From Craspedostauros australis (Eukaryota): a DNA stretch of 45,394 bases. Position numbers and translations under genes: made by a program. Of this stretch, positions 30,849 through 41,327 are shown piece after piece (position 1 is the stretch's first letter; the number at the start of each line of letters is the position of its first letter). Under the pieces are notes generated by a model, which was not told the origin of the DNA, ran no database searches, and worked only from the letters and a program-made list of their open reading frames with translations. The stretch is from the NCBI GenBank assembly GCA_030167865.1, contig JALAGF010002121.1:1-45394 (forward strand). The letters run 5' to 3'.

Positions 30849-31325
30849 CAAGCAGCGCAATAGTAGAAACGGCAACAGAAGCAGCAGCAGCAACAACAAC
30901 CGACGCAATAGAGTGACGGAAGCGAAATTGGCACAGAATCCATTCACAGGTCTGCGCACTTGTGCTCGTATGGTGCTGATACATAGGCTTTAGTCAACGC
31001 AACACGGTATTGACGCAATCAACGGACATCATCAGAAGCGGACCGAAGCTGTAGAAGAAGACAGCGTCGCATCGTCTCTTGTTTTCCTGGGATTCTCCTC
31101 TATTCTGCTTCAAGACAGACAGATACATGCACACACACGGAGAGAGAGAGAGGGAAGGACAAAGACAGGCCTGGATAATCAGTGAAAACGGAAGCAAACA
31201 CAATTTTACTTCCGCAACCGACGTCAACGTCAAAGCAACAAGACTCATTGCACGGTGCACAAGTACCGCACTCGTACTCCCTACCATCACGCATCGCATC
31301 CTGCACTTTGCACGCGCTGCGCACG

Positions 31326-33080
31326 ATGTTCCTCGTTCGGTATTGTTCGAATTCAGCGGTCGACGAGGAGCACAAGCAGTACTGCCAGCTACTCAACAGC
31401 GGGGGCCGCAACTCCGACGAATGGAACAGATCGCTCACGGGAGATTTCCATGAGGAAGTCCAGATGCCGCACTCCAGGACACAGCGCAGACGGTTGCTGG
31501 AGCGGATTGCCATGAAGCACGCACCGCAGTTGCTCAAGAAGTTCGGCAAGAACCGCAACCACATCCCGACGCAAGACTACGACTTCGGCGACATCAATGG
31601 CAACGAGGAGCTTGACATAAATACCAGTCTGGAGTTTGGACGCTTCAACGGCGAGCACTACGTATTCGACGCCTATCAGGACATTGCTCCAGGCATCATG
31701 ATGCGGACCCCCTCCCCTCGTCGACGGCAATCCATGGGAGCGTCTGGACCAGCGGCATCATTGCCGCGATCGGCGACCAATCGACCGGCCAACATCATCA
31801 CGGGCGAAGCTCTGTTCACGGACAGGTTCCAAAAAGGGATGACGCTGTCACAAGTCCAGATGCAGTCTGGACGTCCGCTGAGGGAGATTCGGCTAGATCC
31901 GACCCAGATCTCCCCCTCCATGAGCTCACCATCGTGCTCCATCGCCCACCATGACGTCGACGAACAGTACTTGCACGATGTGTTCCCACCCTTCCAACTG
32001 CAGCTGGATCTATCGTCGCCAACGCCCAACGATGTTGCTGCCACCCCGAATAACGACAACGATGACAACATTGACGCGGCCGGCAACGATGCACGCAACC
32101 CGGACAACAGCGCCGGCTTGGACAGAAGAGGCCATGCAATGTCGAGGGTGTCACCTGCAGCGATAGCCGCGGCGGCTGTAGCGGAGCAAACCGTTTCACC
32201 AGCATTTTCAGATCCGCCCACCTTCCTTCAGTTGTCAGGTCAAACGCCGACGACCGCGACAACACCCTCACAAAGCCAATCTCGACGTCATCTGCACCTG
32301 CTGCAGCAACGACGATATCCACATCAGCAGCGACACGATGATTGTAGATTCTTCGGGAATCAACGCGGTTCGAGATCATCGCAAGCCAAGGAATTGGACG
32401 ATGGCGCCGTTTCGGGTTCAGAGGTTTGGGCAGAGGTGGTGCTTGCAGATGCCCCCGATAGCCCGTCCACGATCACAATGCCGGGATTCGAGACGACCAG
32501 CAGCGATGGTAGCAACCAGCGCTCCGCATCAGACGGGACAGCGCGCACAACGAGCAATAGAAACAGCACCAGCACCAGCAACACTTCAGTGGTACGTAGC
32601 AGCACCAGCGGCCAGGGAAACGAAGATAGCAACGACAGCGACAGCGCAGGTGCCGATAAGGAAATCGCCCGTCCAACGACGGGTTTCCCACGACGTCAGT
32701 TGTGGAGAGAAAGCTACGACTCTCGAACAAGCTCCTTTCAGCAGCACAGCACGACCGCAGATCGCAAAGGGCGAAAAGATTCGTCGAGCGCGTACACGCG
32801 TTCCTCGTCCCATGTGGGCATCGATCACGCCTTCGGCGATATGTCAGCACATTACGGTAAGAATCGACGCAGATCGTCCGCGTCTCGATTGGGTGAAGGT
32901 GGATCGCACGCCAAAGAAAACCGTAAGTCCGGCAACGCCCGATCCCAAGCATCGCCCGCGCACCGCCGATACGTCGATCCGTTCGACCACAAGAAAACGA
33001 CGAAGGATGCCATAGATTGGGACTATTCCTTCATCCCCCTGTCCAGCAACCGAGCAGCTTCCTCCACCAACAAGCTCTAG
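31326..33080 (+). CDS. Hypothetical, largely disordered Ser/Thr/Arg-rich protein
   Basis: 632-codon open frame from 31182 with coding-like composition; first ATG at 31326. No recognisable domain. Confidence 0.7.
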   Translation: MFLVRYCSNSAVDEEHKQYCQLLNSGGRNSDEWNRSLTGDFHEEVQMPHSRTQRRRLLERIAMKHAPQLLKKFGKNRNHIPTQDYDFGDINGNEELDINTSLEFGRFNGEHYVFDAYQDIAPGIMMRTPSPRRRQSMGASGPAASLPRSATNRPANIITGEALFTDRFQKGMTLSQVQMQSGRPLREIRLDPTQISPSMSSPSCSIAHHDVDEQYLHDVFPPFQLQLDLSSPTPNDVAATPNNDNDDNIDAAGNDARNPDNSAGLDRRGHAMSRVSPAAIAAAAVAEQTVSPAFSDPPTFLQLSGQTPTTATTPSQSQSRRHLHLLQQRRYPHQQRHDDCRFFGNQRGSRSSQAKELDDGAVSGSEVWAEVVLADAPDSPSTITMPGFETTSSDGSNQRSASDGTARTTSNRNSTSTSNTSVVRSSTSGQGNEDSNDSDSAGADKEIARPTTGFPRRQLWRESYDSRTSSFQQHSTTADRKGRKDSSSAYTRSSSHVGIDHAFGDMSAHYGKNRRRSSASRLGEGGSHAKENRKSGNARSQASPAHRRYVDPFDHKKTTKDAIDWDYSFIPLSSNRAASSTNKL

Positions 33081-33499
33081 CCTTTCAGCGCAAAGGCGGA
33101 ATTGGCAGACCACGTCGAGTAGGAAGGAATACTGAGACCGTTTCTCCAATCGAACGAGGAGAATTCTACTTTGACCACCCCGTTGACTGCTCAGTAAGAG
33201 GAATAGAGTTGCACTTGCAGCTCATACATGAGTAGAAGACATCTTCGTAGCCACTTGACAACAAGCACAAAACAAAGAGGAATGTTCAAGTTGTGGAGTG
33301 GCAGAGAATATGCGTCCGTGCTTATATCAGTGGATCAAAGCGCTGCTGTTATAAGTGTGTCAAGGATGCCAGAATATTGCACTCTTGTGACAGCCGAATG
33401 GACTGCTATATAACTCGCTATTCCACTCGTAGCTCAGTTCAGCCTGACTCGATTCGGCTCAGCTCAACTCAATAGTACTCTACTTGTTTGTGCAGCACT

Positions 33500-34579
33500 T
33501 TAGGCGTCATCCCACTGTCTTGGATTGACACGGATCGTCATTTCGCCCTCCTGGAAGCCGTATCCGACGATCGCCTTGCAGGCCATGCGGTACAGTGGGC
33601 GTCGCCTCAATATTTGCTCCTCCTGGGTCTTGGCTGGATTCAGCAGCCCCATGCCCGACGTGATGCTGACCACGCACGTGGCGCAGGTCCCTTCCGCACC
33701 GCAGTCGCCCATTCCGCCGCTGTCGAATCGCTCGCTGAGGGGATCGTTAAGCTTGACACCGCGCGTCAGCATGGCACGTCGCAAGTTCTCGCCAGCAAAC
33801 AGCTCCAATCGCATGTCGGGTTCCTCCATGGCCGGCGGGTACTGCAGATTGATGGTGACCTTGGGCTTGCGACGCAGTCGCTTGACGGTGACCACGACCG
33901 TTTCGTTTTCCGTTTCTTGTGCCGGCAGACTCAGGATGGCATCGACGGTCTTGTCGTAACCGTAGCATTCGGTGTAGACCGAGTCCATCTCTTCAACCTG
34001 CGTGATGCCTTGCGCATCGTCGGATGTGACCGTCTTGGCGGCCTTCTGGATGGCGATACCCGCGATGGAATCGCCCGGTAGCAAGTCGCTGCCGTCCGCC
34101 GGGCTGCCATCCACGACGCCGTTGACGACGGTGATGCCCAATCCATCCTCGCGGCCGCCAGCGATTTCCAGCAATTCAATACCCAAGCCTTGTCCCAGGA
34201 TGCGGGGGAATGCCACCGTCACGGTGTCGACCATGATCTCCTTTTCGGACTTTGCGGCGAGGTAGACACCTTCCTCGCGCAGGGAGGACTCCATCATGAG
34301 GACGGCAGTCCATTCTTGGGCAATGTCGTCCAGCGGCAGGTTGTACTGATTCATGTCGACGTTGACATCGCCGGCACCTTGGAATGTGCTGGCGGACGAC
34401 GACGACGACGACTGCTTCGTCGATGTGGCATGCTGGACCGTGCGGCTATGCCGTGGTTGCTGATGGAACGCAATGCCGCTGGTGAGTACGAAGGCATGCG
34501 ATGTCCAGACGAAAGACGACGACGACGACAGCACAAGAAGCGCCGACGGCAGCATGAAGCGTGGCGATGGAAGGATCAT
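33500..34579 (-). CDS. Plastid-targeted PDZ-domain plus [2Fe-2S] ferredoxin protein
   Basis: Signal peptide ending SHA-FVL (ASAFAP-like) followed by a Ser/Thr-rich transit peptide. PDZ-like GLGIEL...V.GVVDGSPA...LLPGDSI. Ferredoxin GENLRRAML...CGAEGTCATC...RMAC. Confidence 0.88.
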   Translation of the reverse strand: MILPSPRFMLPSALLVLSSSSSFVWTSHAFVLTSGIAFHQQPRHSRTVQHATSTKQSSSSSSASTFQGAGDVNVDMNQYNLPLDDIAQEWTAVLMMESSLREEGVYLAAKSEKEIMVDTVTVAFPRILGQGLGIELLEIAGGREDGLGITVVNGVVDGSPADGSDLLPGDSIAGIAIQKAAKTVTSDDAQGITQVEEMDSVYTECYGYDKTVDAILSLPAQETENETVVVTVKRLRRKPKVTINLQYPPAMEEPDMRLELFAGENLRRAMLTRGVKLNDPLSERFDSGGMGDCGAEGTCATCVVSITSGMGLLNPAKTQEEQILRRRPLYRMACKAIVGYGFQEGEMTIRVNPRQWDDA

Positions 34580-37500
34580 CGTGACAAGTTGTTGGGATTG
34601 GTGGGTGATTGGATTGCGGGAACGGAAAGTATGCAAATGCGAGGAGGAGTCCGAAACGGAGAGAGTACTCCAATGAATGACACCACCTCAATCACAAAAG
34701 CCAATTCGGATGGATGCGTTGGCCATCGACGATGGTGCGGTGAGCGAGACTGTTTCTGGCAGAACATGAACCCGCACTCACAACGCACACACAAACACGT
34801 GTTGTTGTGTGCGTGTGTCGGCAGAAAAGAAGAAAAATGTGTTGGCGCCTTGACAACTTTGTGACGTGTTGTCGATCACGTATCTCCGCCGAGTCAGTCG
34901 ACCGAGTCAAACATGTACAGATTACCTGATATCAAGTCTACACGAATGTATCAAGATGATGATGACGAAAGAAGCGAAGTGGTGAAACTCTTTTGATCGT
35001 TGCAGGGTATAATACGAGCTACGGGTTGCCTCCTTGGATGCATGCTGATCTGCAGCGATGCCAGAAGGAACGCCCCTCATCTGCGCCTATTTTCTATAAT
35101 AATTGCGTGTGCTCTATTCGAGTTCGTGTATTCTACTATCACTGCCCGTGCCATCCGTCTCCGCGCACTCTATCGCTGCATCGCCTCTATCTCTATTCCA
35201 GACCGCCCATGTTTTGCTGAAGCCCTCTTCTTCGCATCTCTCCCGGAATCCTCACTGTGCCCGCCATTGCAGGAGTATCATGCACCAGATAGACCATAAG
35301 CGAAGAAAGATGGAAGCAAGCATTCATGGTTGAGCACAAGGTAGTATGACAGGTCTGCACACGACCCAACACAAGCTGGCATCGTAGATGGCGCTGTTTG
35401 CTCCTTTCACTTTCGTCAAAGTTGCATCAGAGCTGTTGTTTGTGGATTTAATTGCAATCAGGTGGATTCCTCGTCCTGGTTACCTTAGTATCCACGTGAA
35501 CAACCGTGTGATACGATGTGCGACATCGGGATTCCAACATCCAAGGCGGCGACCGCGAGAAACGGCCCATGTCCCATCGATCGGAAAACGAGGTACGGAC
35601 GGCTTTGATCCGGCTCCCTTGAGCCAGTCCCAGACCTCTGTCTCTCATGCGAGAGAAGAGGAATGGGGCTAGTCGGTCTGTTCTCTCCTCTTCGAAAGAA
35701 GAAGAGATTCTCGATGGATGTGGAAAACGAAAGAAGAGCAAACCGGGGTTTGCAATTCTCTCTGTGGTTTGCACCAATCGCCACCGACTGATGGTAGGAT
35801 CGTTTCCATCGCGTAGGAAAGGCACCTGCCACCATGATTGGCGAGCAAGAATCTCTCCATGCAAAGGATCGGCCTTGGACTTCGCGCTGGATTCTCGATG
35901 TGTTCGCACAAATCAGGGACGGATGTGTCAATGTTGCATGGTAGTATCAATTGCTCGTGGTTGGGGCTTTCCCAGGCAACCTTTCGCACATGCGTGTTGG
36001 GGGGCGGAGTGCTCTACTCGAGTATGAGCACGTATGAGTACGTGTGTATGCCGCACTCCACTCTCTTTGAGGTTTCCCTCAGGATTTCAATGGAATGGGG
36101 TCCTCGAAATGGAACACTGTCAAAGACTTACTCGTTCCGAATGGTGTTGATGGCCGGCAACCTTCCTTCGTCATGAGGCTGGGAGCGTTTTCCTCTCCAT
36201 CCCACCATTGCGCTTTGCTCGGGCGTCACATCCCTAATCTTCTGTCGTTGCAAACGGAATACGTGAGTGCACAATCCGCAACGAGAAGCGCATGCATATG
36301 GCACAATCGCCAGAGGTGTCAAGCCACAGACAGTAAGGAAATGAAGGTGAAGAGAGGGTGTCAGCGGCTTGTTCCGTACACGGGGCTACTCGATTTGTCA
36401 TCTGATGGCCAACCTGATGATCGACGGTTCATCGAAACCAAGTGAAAATTGTGACGAATACACGCAAGACGTGAATCATGTTGCCCGTGACGGAAGCGTC
36501 ACCCATCCGATGCGATCGAATGCCAAATCCATTTGGTATTCTTCACAGGATCGGGCTCTACTAGGGCGTGTTCATCCATCCATTCATTCCATTCCACTCA
36601 ATGAAAGTGCTGATCTCATTGAATGAAAGGTGGAGTCGTGCAAAGTTGCTTGCTCACCTCATGTCGCTTGCCGCTTGGTGCTTTGTGCTTTGTGGCTTCA
36701 CCTGAAGACAACAATGATGGGAGTGTGCCTCTTCTCACGATGCTGGTGACGGATGTTCTGTCGAGATCGAGGTCTGTTCCTTTCAGCGTGCCACACACAC
36801 ACGAGACCAGTTTTGTCGCCGTTGCATTTCGTTGTTTTGGTGGAAGCGCCAGAATTTGTTGGTGGGAAAGATGTAATCCAATGAGTCGATAAGAAATGGT
36901 CTGAAGATACTTCGGATGGACGTACAGATCTTGGGTGTATTGGACTCTCCTTGTGATTTAATCAATGGGGGGCAATTTGTCGCCTTTGATGACGGGTTTG
37001 CGAGCCTGCGTCGCTCAGGAAGAGGCATTGGGAAAACAGGCAGGTATTTTACCGCAGCTTCCAATTGGCCCTTTACCGTTAAATACTGTCCCAGACGACG
37101 TCACACAGCAAACTCGATTGATCGGAGTAGTATAGTACAATGCACCACACAATCATTTACTGGAGAATCCTCGCAGATCCTACTCGACGGTTTCTTCTCA
37201 CCGGATGGATCCAAATCTTTTCACCGGCCACATCCAAACAAAGAAAATAGTTAAAAGGAAGTCATGTGCATCCGGCAATGTTGCACACAATGTCCAATCA
37301 TTACGCTCACGAGAGCAGGAGGCATACTTCTCCCTGTCTTGTTCAGAGATGTCTGAGACCGCAGTAACCGGTTAAGGACGAACATGCCTCGAGTACTCGC
37401 ACGGGTGTACAAGTATGTGGCGACAATGATTGGCTGTGTTTCTTCGTTGCCATTCGCGAAGTGGACACGATGAAGAATCACCCCAATCGGGGCAAGAAGA

Positions 37501-37624
37501 ATACGCAGTCTTAGAGTGTCCACTACGCGAGTACGAGTCAAGGATCCTGCGTTGATGGAACAGTCGTACAGCTTTCACGAGGAAACACCTGGCACCGCCT
37601 TCCACTGTTTGCCACTCCTATCGT

Positions 37625-37683
37625 TCTTGCTCTTGTTCTTGCTCTTGCTCTTGCTCTTGCTCGTGCTCGTGCTCGTGCTCGTG
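37625..37683. repeat. Compound hexamer microsatellite (TCTTGC)n(TCGTGC)n
   Basis: Read directly. Confidence 0.9.
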
Positions 37684-38259
37684 AGATACGAACAAAGGCA
37701 TTGCGGAAGAGAGTGAGTCCTGTGGTTCACCATGCGTGGTTGGATGCCTTGACTACGAGTATGAGTGTGATAGTTGTCCACCACGATTTGCGGAAGTGTT
37801 TCGTGGGAGAGATCCTTTTCGTTCTACTTCGGACTCTGTGGCGGTACCGAGCCGCATGAGTCTCTGCTCCTCCTTTCGTGTTATGTGAAGTGTGGGCGCC
37901 CGAACTGTGTATGGAGTGGAACACTGTTGAGTGGCCTTGAAGATCGTATGCGTTTTTTGTGGTCCCGAAAGGGAGAAGACGGTGGTCAGATTTATTGCTG
38001 TTGTTCCTGTTTTTGTTCTTTGCAGTCACACAACACGCAATGAACACACAGCCACCTTGTAGAACCCTCAAGGACCAACGAAGATTGCTACCTCTCAGCA
38101 ACCAACATGGAGGAGAGGCATGTCACCTATCAAGGACGTGTTGTGTAGAGCCATCGTCCTCTTCCCGTGCACCATAGCATACTTCTCTGCATGAAAGTAC
38201 CCATACTCACTTCGAATGATCTTGGATCCCTTTCCGTATCTCATAAAACAACTGTCTCA

Positions 38260-38299
<40 letters not shown>
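38260..38299. repeat. (CAACAG)n microsatellite
   Basis: Read directly; not within a supported CDS. Confidence 0.9.
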
Positions 38300-38940
38300 G
38301 ATACCATAGTACAGCATCTAACTCCAAGCAAAACAAAAGCACGGCCATCCCGAAACACACCACCAACTGATCGAAAACCGAAACGGGACGAAGTAAACGG
38401 TACGTTCATTTGTGTGCATCATGGCCGTGGCCATGACAACGCACCACGGCACAAGGCAGCAGGTGCCCACGCGCCGTCGTGTCTGGCGTGAAGAGCCATT
38501 GCCGGGTCCAGCTTGCCAGCCACCTACACACTCCCGGAATCGTCCTCTGCTCTACCTGGGAGCTGTTCTCATGGTGGCCCACCGATGTCGCAATGTGGCA
38601 AAGGCAGGCCATGCCGCTCCACATTACCACCACGTTCGGCAACCGCAGACTTTATTCTCGTTCTCCCTCATTCTCGCATACTCACTTATCACACGCTCAT
38701 CACATTGTCCACTTGTTCGCCCATCCAAAACCACGACGCTTCTTTCAACAAACAAATCGCTGGACGGATTGCATGTTGACTCCTGTCTGATCTGGTTACG
38801 GTCAATGATGTGGTTCGTTTCCACCTATTCTTCTCATTGTACAACACGTCTGCGACCCATCTGCATCTTCGTACGCACTGTTTCGTTCCATGCAGACAAC
38901 GAGGCACACTGACAAACCAAACAAACAACCGATAGCAACC

Positions 38941-40164
38941 ATGTTCAAGATCAAGGCATCTATTATCGGCGCTCTCGTCTTTGCCAACATGGCAATGACG
39001 TTGGCTTTGGATCCAGCTGAAGATTCCGTGGTCGCTCCGCGAAGAGAGTTGAAAGCGAGTGCGCAGTCGCCAACGTCCATGCCAACATCCATGCCAACGT
39101 CGATGCCAACACCGTACCCGTCTGAGACCCCTGTTCTACCTTCCATGCTCGTCGGCTGCCTCGAAACGCCAGGGGATGTCACCAGCAACTTCGACATGAG
39201 AAGCCCTGCGTCCGAAGTTTTTTGCGACGAGGCCGTTGGTACATGCGCCGACTTTGTGGCGGACATCGAGGCACTCCCAAACAATAAGGACAAACTCGTC
39301 AAGAGCATCTTCGCGTGCAACGCAAATAACCTGGCAAACACGCAAGGCAACTCCCAAAGACTCTTCGACCGTGTGAAGAATGATGACTACGCTACAACCC
39401 TCATCTTGATTGCTATCCAAAACGGCGGGATCATGACCGGAGGAGGCGACGCACTCACCACAGCATGCAGTGCCGAAGGATACCCTTGCTGTCCATCCGG
39501 AGGTTGCTCATCCAACGGTGAATCGTTCACCATCACCCCAGAGTCCTGCAGAGCAATTGGCTCTTGCACCAACGTTGCTCCCGAAGCCATGATCTTCCAT
39601 AGCTGCTTTGAGGAGAACTCCTGTGAGAGCTTCGGACAGTTCGACCCAGTTCGCCCGTTCAGCAGGGCTGTCCTCGGCAACAAGATTATGGGACCATTTG
39701 CGTGCACCGCTGCTTCGAGCTGCCAGAATCTTGGAAAGAACATCTACGGTTCAATTCATGTTCAGTTCGGAGCATGCAGCCAGTCGGGTAGCTGCATGGA
39801 TCTCGGACGTCGTTCCAACCAGGGAAGGCGTGTGCCCACGCCTGTCATTGCTGACATCATCATCGGAGAAGCTGCATGCCGAGGACCAAATGCGTGCAGG
39901 AATGCCCACAGAGGCGATTCCAAGATGGATGGAAGCCTTTTTATTGGGGACCTTGCGTGCGCGTTGACAAGTAGCTGCGATGGTGTCGCTTACAGTGACG
40001 CTGCCGTTGATGACCTTGTCATTGCTCCAGATACCTGCAGGTCGGCAAACAGCTGCCAAGACTGTGTCAAAATGGACATGTGTCCCAAACCCGCGTGGTC
40101 TACCTATACCATCACTGATGAAGGCACGGACTGCCCGGTGCGAAACACAGCTGCGTGCTCTTGA
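38941..40164 (+). CDS. Secreted cysteine-rich repeat protein
   Basis: Signal peptide MFKIKASIIGALVFANMAMTLA, RREL motif, (PTSM)3 linker and seven C-x5-C repeats. No TM segment. Confidence 0.85.
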   Translation: MFKIKASIIGALVFANMAMTLALDPAEDSVVAPRRELKASAQSPTSMPTSMPTSMPTPYPSETPVLPSMLVGCLETPGDVTSNFDMRSPASEVFCDEAVGTCADFVADIEALPNNKDKLVKSIFACNANNLANTQGNSQRLFDRVKNDDYATTLILIAIQNGGIMTGGGDALTTACSAEGYPCCPSGGCSSNGESFTITPESCRAIGSCTNVAPEAMIFHSCFEENSCESFGQFDPVRPFSRAVLGNKIMGPFACTAASSCQNLGKNIYGSIHVQFGACSQSGSCMDLGRRSNQGRRVPTPVIADIIIGEAACRGPNACRNAHRGDSKMDGSLFIGDLACALTSSCDGVAYSDAAVDDLVIAPDTCRSANSCQDCVKMDMCPKPAWSTYTITDEGTDCPVRNTAACS

Positions 40165-40933
40165 GGTGTTCATAGTTATGGCGTGTGCAGGAAGAGACGT
40201 CCAGCAACGGCTCAAATGGAACACTATCTCGAATGCTCAGTCATTGAGAGGATAGTGTTCTGATGGTTGATCACCCAGCTTGAGCTTGATGGTCTCCCCG
40301 ATCACTCTCATCGCACACTTGCTATTGATGAATGGATTGATAACCGAAACGAGTGGATGGTACATGGAGGTGCTGCTTACGCGTCTATCGCCATCACCAT
40401 CACCACCACCTGCCTCGGAAGGTCTCTATTCTTCGACCAGAACATAGCAAGCACTTTGCAACGCACAACACAAACATAAATGACATTACCACACTACTTA
40501 CTTGACGACACCAGAGCATGCGACACTAGTCTTACGTGTACCCTTTCGTTGTTGAGCTCCAACTATTTGTGCGATAAAGTGTTTGTGCCTGTCTATTGGA
40601 ATGCGAAGTAGAGGGCGAAGCATGAAGACTCATAGTAGTACGACTATCAAGGTTCACGCATCTCCAAAATCATTCATGTATTATACCTCTATTGTTTTTC
40701 CCAAGAACAATTTTCAGATCTGTTGGATTGATTGTTCCTATTGTACACGAGATCTCAGCACCAACGCTCTTTTACATAGGGAATCTTTGTGCGAGGAACC
40801 TTGTTCGCACGACCATAGTCCCCTGAAGATGCAAAGATCCAATTGACGTTGTTGGCGCTCACATTCGTGAAGCGCTCTGGTGATTGAAGGAGATCTGAAG
40901 ACTTCCTGATTATTGGTGCTTCTTTGGCAAACA

Positions 40934-40958
40934 TCTCTCTCTCTCTCTCTCTCTCTCT
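40934..40958. repeat. (TC)n microsatellite
   Basis: Read directly. Confidence 0.9.
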
Positions 40959-41327
40959 AGATTTAATTTCAGTGGTATGCTTCTGATGGACGAACAGACG
41001 AGAGGTTGTTTCGAATGACACATCGCCGATTTCTTTCACACTGACAATGTTGCTGACTTCACCACGAAAAAATATGGCCGTCCATCAACAACAACAGTGA
41101 TGACGGTGACGTTGATGATGTTGGATCTGCAGAAACCACCCAATTTCTCATTTTGGCTTTCCAAACCACAACCATTCGACAATCATCACTTGATCAGCAT
41201 TTGATCAGCAACCCAACTAAACTGCTGCGTTGATTGTTCGAAACCCACACAACAACCATATCATATCGCACAGCATTGCAGACTCACAACTATTGCACAA
41301 GCTGTTGGCACAAAGATAGAGAGGAAG

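Noticed and set aside
34900-38900. tRNA, snoRNA or short protein genes in the long intergenic stretch
   Set aside because: I could not identify a cloverleaf, paired C/D boxes or a coding-like ORF by eye.
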